Below are positions 54,227 to 64,000 of a stretch of DNA of 64,000 nucleotides, one piece after another. This DNA comes from Octopus sinensis. Lineage: Eukaryota. The stretch is from contig NC_043003.1 in assembly GCF_006345805.1 (NCBI RefSeq), forward strand, positions 45,880,001 to 45,944,000, written 5' to 3'. Below the pieces are notes generated by a model that ran no database searches, had not been told where the DNA came from, and saw only the letters and a list, made by a program, of their open reading frames with translations. The first letter of the stretch is position 1. Every line of letters starts with the position of its first letter. The position numbers were made by a program, and so were the translations under genes.

Positions 54227-54280
54227 AGAGAGAGAGAGAGGGAGAAAGAGCGAGCGCTACATACATGTGTGTGCGTGTAT

Positions 54281-54318
<38 letters not shown>

Positions 54319-55207
54319 CTCACACACAGACACACATATATACCTAGATATATGTATGTGTTTACCTATATTTGTTTATTTATACATATGTACATATAAA
54401 TATGTATGCTGTTCGTGTGTGTTTTTGTGTGTGTATGTGTGTGTGCGTGCGTGTATGTGCACGTTTGTGTGTGTGTTTGTACGCGCAAACTTTTGAAAAC
54501 TCGACTATGTATTAGTTTTATCTTTTATATCAATGATTTTATATAAAGTTTCGTTTCAGATTCTTTTCAGTTTATATGAAACAATAAAGTACCTCAATGC
54601 GTCACCGAAGTTTCTAGACTTTTATAGTCTTATCTTCAGGATGAAGTTATGTTGACGAATGTTGCCACCTCTTTATAATCCTGGAAGCCAACATGATTAA
54701 TGTAAATCTTTGTAGTCGAAATTTGAACTTTTGACCGCACAGTTTATACATTATCAGTTGTTTGTGACTACACTAAGAATCTTAAGAATACAAAATTTCT
54801 TTTTCTAGAAAACAACAGATGCATCACGTCCATTTAAACCAAAGGCAAAAATAACTGCATATCCAATACAAGTACGCTCAAATGTCCACAGAAACAAAAT
54901 GTCTGCTGTGAAATTACTACAAGAGCTTTTAGATTCTCCTTCACCAACGGAGTGCTAGATAAAGAAATTCACAGAATAAAATAAGCACCAGCTTTTCTAG
55001 TAAACAAACGAGGCACGCCAATTCAGCCTAAAGTACAATACAACGAATATACCAGACTGTACGTATTTAAAATCCATAAATCCACGCATAAATTGTAGTA
55101 TATGAACCAAATGCGTATTATGGAGTAGATGAACACATCAAAACTCGTAAAACAAAACTAGAAATGAGTTATTGTGTTATGTCGTACGTTCGGATGGCCG
55201 CTACTCA

Positions 55208-55425
55208 ACTATTCTCGACGTCTAGGCCTCTCCCTCTATATCTACGTATTGGGCTAGCCTACTTCATCGTCTGGGGGCATCCACACAACACCTCCCCCTT
55301 TTGAGAGGCGAGAAAAACCAATGGATTTATGGTATGATTTGTTCAAGGCCAACCACAAATGGACTATTGACTTCTTGGAAGAACTGTTCTCGACGTCTAG
55401 GTCTCTCCCTCTATATCTACGTATT
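55208..55425. repeat. 43 bp direct repeat with 175 bp period
   Basis: ACTRTTCTCGACGTCTAGGYCTCTCCCTCTATATCTACGTATT at 55208-55250 and 55383-55425 (2 mismatches). Confidence 0.9.
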
Positions 55426-56212
55426 AACACCTGCCACAAACGACGAGGATTTTACAAATACATAAATAGTACCAGTTCATGTGTTGCACATACATACATA
55501 GATACATACATACAAACAGACAAACTGTCGTCCGAAGAACGTAAACATTTAAAAAAGGAGTAGAAATTTGTTATACCCTGGGGTAATTTGCTTAATTAAA
55601 ACAAAACTGATCTGAGTGAAATAATTCAGCGATGCCAGTTTCAGGAATTTGAACCACCAAATGAATAAAGTTATAGTAATTACTATAGGAGAGAAGTTCT
55701 TGATTTATTAAGACTATCCTTCCTCCTAGGAATAGTAAATCAATCGCCTAGTAGTGAGTGGAACCAACTCTGTCTGGCAAAAGTAACTATTCGCTAAAAT
55801 CAAAATTCCTCCCGAAAAGATACTGTATTTTTAAAAGGAAAGATATTACCACAGTCTAGAGACAAAAGTACGGCTACGCAGTGGGAATATACTCTCATTG
55901 ATAATCCGTATTATAAGATGGTAGATAATTGCCGAACACAAGGTTACGCCTTACATAACGCGGCGAATATTTTACTTTCTGCGTATGAAACGGGCAATAG
56001 CTAACCCATGACTTCTGTAGTTATCAATTGATGCTAAACGACGTGTGTATGCGCATGTGTGTGCGTGTATTATCCGGGGCAGTAGGCAGTTCCAAACCAA
56101 AGAATATCCAGTTAATTGTATTAAGAATTCAAAAATAGTTAAGTCTGAAAGTCTGTGAATGAATAACATATTTGATCCCCCAAAATATATCAACGATAAT
56201 AAATTAAACATG

Positions 56213-56303
<91 letters not shown>

Positions 56304-56749
56304 ATGTTTGTGTGTGTGTGTGTGTGTTTATAAACGGGCATATCCTGTCTCTTCATAACCTCGTGTCCTTAAGCGTTCATAATAATTTTTCCATCGTCTT
56401 GGCTTAACAACCCTCATCGTTTGTTTTTACCGTCTTGTTCTCACTGTCCTGTTTTTGTTTCCACTTTCACCGTCCACAAAAAATACCAAATTTTATTTAA
56501 TTTGCTTTGCGGGAAGGACTGTTTCAACGAAGTCGCGCCTTGTCCTTACCTTCGAAACGCAGAGTAGATGAAACAGGGACAAAAGAAGAAGGGGAATATT
56601 ATTTATGTTGTTTTTGTTTTTATGTTTTCGTTTCTCATTGTGTTCAACGTTTTTTTTTATGTCCTGTACCTATATATGCATGTATATTTACATATATATG
56701 TAGGTATGCACATATAGGTATGTATATATGCATATATTTATATATTATT

Positions 56750-57631
56750 TATATTATATTGTATTATATTATATATATATATATATATATATATGAATTT
56801 TGTATACATGGAAGTATATATATACATATATACATATGTTTGTGTGTCTGTGTGTGTGTTCGAATGCACGTTTGTATGTATGTATGTATGCATATATACA
56901 TATATATTTCAATTTATTTGCAATAATATTGAAATTTCGGAGCCTTTAAACAGAAAATGTTCTAATCATTAACTCTCGAGAACAAATGTGCTCTGTTGTG
57001 CCATATCAAGTTTATATGTTTTTGCCCTATTCTCCTGGTCATGGATACAGCGTGTCATCATATTCTAGAATCAACTTTAGCTTCTTCTCACACACACACA
57101 CACACACAAAGACTCACACAGAAACACACATATACACACACTAACAGTCTTGTGTACACACATACACATACACACACACACAGTGATGTGCATTCTGTTT
57201 CTTTCCACCCTTAATCTTTTACGTTTTCCCGTCATACACTAACGCATGCATACAAATACAGAAGACACGCATGTGTTTATGTTAAATCAACGTAGTTAAC
57301 ACTATACAGTTATCCCGCCATTTAGAAATAGCAGCCAAATCTCCTACAAATTCCAATCTACATTATTAATAAATGAAATATAGCAGTTTATTTGTAAATA
57401 AACAAAAATGAGATAGTGACAATTCGATCGATTTTAAATAATCGATCTGGTTTCGTTGAGCAGATCTGGGGTTAAACAACATCTGGTTTTAGATTATCGA
57501 TAATATTAAATCGACACGTCATTATTTGGATTAGCTTCTCGGACAAAAACACTGCTACGCACCGACTCACGCACGCACACGAACTCAATTATGCAATTAT
57601 GAAAATAAGCACTCACACACGTACTCGCGAT

Positions 57632-57675
<44 letters not shown>

Positions 57676-58592
57676 GATATATATATATATATATTATATA
57701 TATATATATATATTATATTGTATTATATTATATATATTATATATATATATATATATGAATTTTGTATACATGGAAGTATATATAACATATATACATATGT
57801 TTGTGTGTCTGTGTGTGTGTTCGAATGCACGTTTGTATGTATGTATGTATGCATATATACATATATATTTCAATTTATTTGCAATAATATTGAAATTTCG
57901 GAGCCTTTAAACAGAAAATGTTCTAATCATTAACTCTCGAGAACAAATGTGCTCTGTTGTGCCATATCAAGTTTATATGTTTTTGCCCTATTCTCCTGGT
58001 CATGGATACAGCGTGTCATCATATTCTAGAATCAACTTTAGCTTCTTCTCACACACACACACACACACAAAGACTCACACAGAAACACACATATACACAC
58101 ACTAACAGTCTTGTGTACACACATACACATACACACACACACAGTGATGTGCATTCTGTTTCTTTCCACCCTTAATCTTTTACGTTTTCCCGTCATACAC
58201 TAACGCATGCATACAAATACAGAAGACACGCATGTGTTTATGTTAAATCAACGTAGTTAACACTATACAGTTATCCCGCCATTTAGAAATAGCAGCCAAA
58301 TCTCCTACAAATTCCAATCTACATTATTAATAAATGAAATATAGCAGTTTATTTGTAAATAAACAAAAATGAGATAGTGACAATTCGATCGATTTTAAAT
58401 AATCGATCTGGTTTCGTTGAGCAGATCTGGGGTTAAACAACATCTGGTTTTAGATTATCGATAATATTAAATCGACACGTCATTATTTGGATTAGCTTCT
58501 CGGACAAAAACACTGCTACGCACCGACTCACGCACGCACACGAACTCAATTATGCAATTATGAAAATAAGCACTCACACACGTACTCGCGAT

Positions 58593-58620
<28 letters not shown>
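56750..58620. repeat. ~960 bp near-identical tandem duplication
   Basis: Identical ORF translations at 56996-57214 and 57957-58175 (offset 961). The junctions lie in (TA)n tracts. Confidence 0.95.
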
Positions 58621-58635
<15 letters not shown>

Positions 58636-58666
58636 GTATGTATATATATATATACATATATGTATG

Positions 58667-58713
<47 letters not shown>

Positions 58714-58794
58714 TATATATATATAGATAGATATAGATATATATATGTATGTATGTAAATATATATATATATAGATATATATATATATATATAT

Positions 58795-58945
58795 ATAGGG
58801 GGAATTCACAAAAAAGACAAAAGACGAAGACAAGTGGTGTAGAGAACAAACAGATGTATTAGTATAACGCTCGGGAAGTGAAAAAGTATTTAACATTTCG
58901 TGCCTACGCTCTTCCACAGAAAGGAACACAGAAAGAAACAAAGAG
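58795..58945 (-). mobile_element. Solo PLE pLTR-like fragment of the same family as 48890-49030
   Basis: The minus strand reads CTTTCTGTGGAAGAGCGTAGGCACGAAATGTTAAA...GAGCGTTATACTAATACA...CTTCGTCTTTTGTC and ends at (TA)n. Confidence 0.7.
58888..58923 (-). ncRNA. Decayed minimal hammerhead with a CUGUGGA core
   Basis: TTT-CTGTGGA-A-GAGC.GTAG.GCAC-GAAA-TG-TT-AAA, homologous to the 48914 motif. Confidence 0.55.
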
Positions 58946-58954
58946 GGGTGAGGG

Positions 58955-59160
58955 AGGATGGTGTTTGTGTTTGTCCACTACTGCCACTTGACAACCGATG
59001 TTGGTGTGTTTGCGATCCCGTATCCTCGCGGTTCTGCAAAAGACGTCGATAGAACCAGTACTTAAGTATCAGGCCTTAGAAAAATGACTGGGATTGAATC
59101 ATTCGACTAAAAGTTCTTCAAGGCAGTGCCCCAGCATGTTTAGTGGCTGAAAATATAAAC
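58955..59160 (+). mobile_element. 3' half of a family A-related SINE
   Basis: CTTGACAACCGATGTTGGTGTGTTTG...TTCGACTAAAA...GGCAGTGCCCCAGCATG. Confidence 0.7.
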
Positions 59161-59627
59161 GAGAGAGAGAGAGAGAGACAGAGACAGAGAGAGAGACAGA
59201 CAGACAGACATACAGAGACAGACAGACAGATAGAAAGCAAGTGGAAGCTATTTAACGTAACTGCGGAAAATGTTATCAGACGTTATCAAAATTAATTGGT
59301 TGCAACCTATTTAAAATGAATCAAAATTTATTGGAAACAGAAGGTTCGCTATTAATTATAATTTCAAGTAAATCACTACACAACTGTGATAATCACAACG
59401 GAAATTAAAAGATCAGCTCTATAGCTACAAAGGTGTTGTACCAGTATAAAGGTTCTGCAAGCTGGAGGTTTTGTCAGAGATGGTAAAAAGGGCGCTGGGA
59501 TTGAAGATGCAAGCGTTAAGTTGGCCAGCACAGCTGGTCCACACTTGTATCTCATTGTCAGCTTCTTCCACTGCTCATTGTCGGTGGTGGTAAAAGTACA
59601 GTGGTATATATAATATATATAGGCCCT

Positions 59628-59818
59628 GGCGTGACTGTGTATTAAGAAGCTTCCTTTCTAACCACACGGTTCTGGGTTCAGTTCCATTGCGTGGCACGTT
59701 GGGCAAATGTCTTGAAAGCTTGTGAGTGGATTTCGTAGACGGAAACTGAAAGACCATCGTCTTTTTACACATATATATATGTGTGTGTGTGTGTGTGTGC
59801 GTATGTGCGTGTATGTGT

Positions 59819-59881
<63 letters not shown>

Positions 59882-60070
59882 CATTTGTGTCAGTCGTTGT
59901 CCCCACTGTCGTTGAAAATTGATGTTGGCGCATCTAAATCCCCATATCTTAGCGGTTACATTAAGTACCAGCTTAAAAACATAGTACTGGCGTTGATTTA
60001 TTCGACTAAAAATTCTAGAAGGCGATGCTCCAGCATGGTTACAGTCTAACGACTGAAACAAGTAAACGCG
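59628..60070 (+). mobile_element. Family A-related SINE
   Basis: GGCGTGACTGTGTATTAAGAAGC...GGGTTCAGTTCCATTGCGTGGCACGTTGGGCAAATGTC...GACTGAAACAAGTAAA. Confidence 0.85.
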
Positions 60071-60763
60071 TAAGGTATATATATCCTCCACCACACTCTT
60101 ACCACCACTGTTTCCATAAATCCACTGACTTTGACTGCATGCTATTTTCATTTATTCTCTTTCCACTCATCATACACCAAACAGGCCATCCTTTCTCCTA
60201 ATTCCTCCATCTCAGCCACCTGTGTCGCTGCGACTAACATTTTTCAACATCGTCACAATACTGGATTTGCCAATTTTTTCGATGCTAATATCACTCCCAA
60301 TCGAAGCCTCCCTAGCCTGAGACCGGTAAATCCACCTCGACTTTGCCCTTTCTCCGAACCACATTCTCTTTCCTCTCTCAGCTGCATACTGAATGGAAAA
60401 TGTTGGAATCGAAAGCGATCCCAAGAATTTCCATGCATTAGCTGCAAACAGGTGGGAAAGTATCTCCCCACCAGGCGCTAACGAACGGTATTCACGTTAA
60501 GAGTTATGCCTCTGCAGTTAAGGAATTATCTGAGAAACTGTGTAGATCGTTTCAATCTTGACCTCTACCATATCTAAGGGTTGACGAAAATCCTGTAATG
60601 GATAAATGGATTGTGGTATGCAGGAACACGAGATGGTAACCTTTACAAGATTCCAGAACACCCCCAAATATCTAAGAATTATGAAATTCACATCAGCTCC
60701 TGTTGAGCTGAGCACCAGTTAGTTATTATATTGTTTGTTCCTTCTCATATTGTTTGTTCCTGG

Positions 60764-61036
60764 TTCATAGGGCCGGTTTCCCGATTTCCTTGGCGTATAG
60801 GTTCCCCACCTGGATGGGAAGCCGGTCCGTCGCAGGTGAGCTGCAAGATGCAGGAGGAAAGGGTGAGAGAAAGTTGTGGCGAAAGAGTCCGCAGAAGTTC
60901 GCCATTACCTTCTGCCAGAGCCGTGTGGAGCTTAGGTGCTTCGCTCATAAACACACACATCGTCCGGTCTGAGATTCGAACCCCACGATCCCTCGACCGC
61001 GTGTCCGCTGCTCTAACCACTAGGCCATGTGCCTCT
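60764..61036 (-). mobile_element. tRNA-derived SINE, family D (V-SINE-like central domain)
   Basis: The minus-strand head reads GAGGCACATGGCCTAGTGGTTAGAGCAGCGG...GGGTTCGAATCTC. It continues with CCTGCGACGGACCGGCTTCCCATCCAGG and the tail GAAACCGGCCCTATGA. Confidence 0.8.
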
Positions 61037-62231
61037 ACTTAGTTATTATACATTCCTTCTGTATTCATTTATTTTTTTATATATTCGCTCCCCTATATCA
61101 TAATATATTTTCATACTAAATCGTCATATGTGCAATGAACAGTAAAAATCGGAACGACTACATACAAATTCATTCTAAATACTTTCCGACAGATTCGAAC
61201 GTGAATATGTTAACTGTTGTATTTTGTCATTGGAGAATGACTTCTTTCATATGAGTGTGTATTTATAACACACAGCAGTCATTAGGCAAAGTGGACTTTG
61301 AGACCACCGGTGTTTAGGCATCGTTGTCTCTTCAGCCAAATCTACCCTGGTCTAACGAATCTAATAAAAGGTTTTGGAAAATATTTTGTTTGATGAATTA
61401 ATAAGCATGAGCCAAAAATGCATTTTAGATTCTTCTTAGGTCATCCAACAGGTTCAAATGCTCATTCACGTTCCTGTTAAGACCATCTTCAATGATGCGA
61501 AGTTGCAGTATTTTATCGTGACATGCAAACAATTTTACCGATGCCGAAGTTTTGCTCTGCATGACAGAAGAAATGTAGATGGCTCGAAGACAATATTTCT
61601 GTAGTTAACTTCCTGCTGACAAAACTATCTCACTTTCCCTTCAATGTTCTTCATGTATTTCAAAAGTTGTGTGACTCACCTCTATTATTAGAACTGGCGG
61701 TGATAACACAGTCGATTACAACGAACAAATGACATCGTACCAAATTAAATTTACAGGTTTTAAGCTTTCGTTCTTCTAGTCATAGAGCTTTTATGTACTG
61801 CTTGTTCTCGGTGGTGAATGAATTGGCTGCGATAGATCATTTATAACAGAAATCATGTGAGCATGGGATGACTGAAGATACGGCGAAAGAATGGAGAATA
61901 TTTGTATTTCCAAACTTTGCAAGGTTTCGGAAAAACCGTTAATTTTACAATGAGGGCTACGTCTGAGATGGCTCATTTCTAATGTTTGCCAAACAAGTTG
62001 AATATTGAAAGTACTAAAGAGCATCTCAAGAGAAAGCTATTGTGTGCCCTTTGATTCTTCAATGAGAAAAGTTCATGTACAGCGAAGTAATCGATAGAAG
62101 TGCATACAGTAAGTTCCAATGAATCTGATTCATAAGTTCAATATTCCTATAGGTAGTAAAATTATTGCAGTCAAGGAGGTACACTGTCTTCAAGAGTTTT
62201 AGAAGATCATGTCAATATTGGATTCAAATTT

Positions 62232-62412
62232 TGGCATAAGGCTAGCAATTTCGGGTAAGGGTTAAGTCCATTACATCGATCTCAGTATTCAATTGGTACT
62301 TATTTTATCGATCCCGATAGGATGAAATCAAAAGTCGGTCTCGGTGGAATTTGAACTCAAACGTAAAGACGGTCGAAATGCAGCCCGGCGTGCTAACGAC
62401 TCTGCCATCTGG
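62232..62412 (-). mobile_element. SINE family B (diverged)
   Basis: GGTACTTATTTTATCGATCCCGATAGGATGAAA...GGAATTTGAACTC...CCCGGCGTGCTAACG. Confidence 0.8.
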
Positions 62413-62714
62413 CTGCTCTAAATCATCAATAATATTAATACGCTTTTGTACGTACCTGTCGTGTGCGTCACACTTCTTTGAAGTGGAAAAGCGAGAGAGA
62501 GGAGAAGAGAGAGAAAGAACTAGACAAAGGGAGAGGGAGTGAGGGAGTGTGAGAGAGAAAATGAGAGACAGTGAGTGGTGACGGCGTTCGCTTTCTTTTT
62601 AAATGTTTCAGAGAGGACGTAAAAGAGAAAGAAAGAGAGTGCTGTGATATTTTGGTTGGATTATATAGTCATAGGTTTTACGTTAGTTTCTATATTCTGT
62701 AACTGTCACAATAT

Positions 62715-62865
62715 ACTTTTCTAGGCCTAAAATTTTTATGGGGATGGAGCCCGTTGATTAGATCGAAATCAGTATACAACTGGTACTTAATTTATCGAAC
62801 ACGAAAGGACGAAAGGTAATGTCGACCTCGGAAGAATTTGAACTCAGAACGTAAAGACAGACGGT
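62715..62865 (-). mobile_element. SINE family B, 3' part
   Basis: CTGGTACTTAATTTATCGAACACGAAAGGACGAAAGGTAATGTCGACCTCGG...GAACTCAGAACGTAAAGACAGACG. Confidence 0.8.
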
Positions 62866-63159
62866 CATAATATGCAAACATTTCTCATGACACCAGTACA
62901 CTGTTTACAGATGCTTACATTTTTTACGCTTTCTGTTAATTTTTCACGGGTCCACCTAGTATGAATATTAATACACGTCTCGGTGTGGTATACATTCACT
63001 ATTTACCAAATAGCTGAGTTACAACCTCATGTAATGATTACCACCGCTATGGATAACGTAGATACATACATACGCATATATAATTGTAATATAGCTATAT
63101 ATCTATTTATCTCAGTTTTCTCTCCCCCCTCTCTCACTATATATATATATATATATATA

Positions 63160-63463
<304 letters not shown>

Positions 63464-63965
63464 TGTTCATAATGCGTCTGCGTGTGTCAAAAAGTGAAGA
63501 CAGTTTATTAATTATAGAGAAAAGAATGCCGCATGTATTCAAAGAGACGAAGGAAACAATTTTCATAAATTTCTTACTGAAAGACGTCGGACTATGTATA
63601 TATCTCAATAAAATATTCTCAATAATTCGTAAGCGTGATTGAAGATGCTGTCCGTGAAATGATGGATATCAATATTATATAAACTTACAGCCAACTGTAA
63701 CGTCAAGGAGGACAGCGATTTATTCTTTAGTTTCCTCTTAGTATTTTTTAGTGATCTAGTGAACTTAATAAAAAAATATAGGAATTAAATTTGAAATGGT
63801 GATAGTATATCTTCAAAATATTACCGAATAATTCACAAAACATTGAGAGATTAAACTAATTATAATTATAATTCCAAATATTCTTTTAGAAATAGAAGTA
63901 AAAGTGTCTGTCCCATAAAACTTCCATGCATATTCACATATGTATACTTATGTAGGCATTTGTGC

Positions 63966-64000
<35 letters not shown>

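Noticed and set aside
59400-60480. Faint LINE-like peptides (LYWYNTFVAIEL near 59440; endonuclease-like text at 60100-60470)
   Set aside because: The similarity is recalled only loosely and needs a profile search before it can be annotated.
61300-62200. Coding-like composition, possibly a DNA-transposon relic
   Set aside because: No frame gave a motif I could name.

Overview
AT-rich, repeat-dense eukaryotic DNA that looks intergenic or deep-intronic. I found no intact host gene, rRNA, true tRNA or CRISPR array, and almost all ORFs in the track are translations of microsatellites. The SINE families and the microsatellite load resemble octopod cephalopod (Octopus) genomes; this is recall, not a database search. 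Recognisable content: about 20 tRNA-derived SINEs of at least 4 families, four RLE-type (R4/Dong-like) LINE relics, and RTE, hAT, mariner, Tc1, Gypsy, Helitron and Tigger-like MITE fragments. There are also several Penelope-like element (PLE) pieces and a ~960 bp tandem duplication. The most interesting signal is a set of hammerhead-ribozyme (HHR) motifs, read by eye, in PLE terminal repeats. These are a complete type I HHR in two inverted copies (9952-10002 +, 6670-6720 -), a minimal HHR family with an A6U core variant (48914 +, 58888 -), a pair of tandem HHRs 745 nt apart with retrozyme-like architecture, and an HHR with a long stem II split across a 470 bp palindrome. Nearly every PLE end directly abuts a (TA)n array. 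Coordinates were counted by hand; boundaries of decayed elements are approximate.
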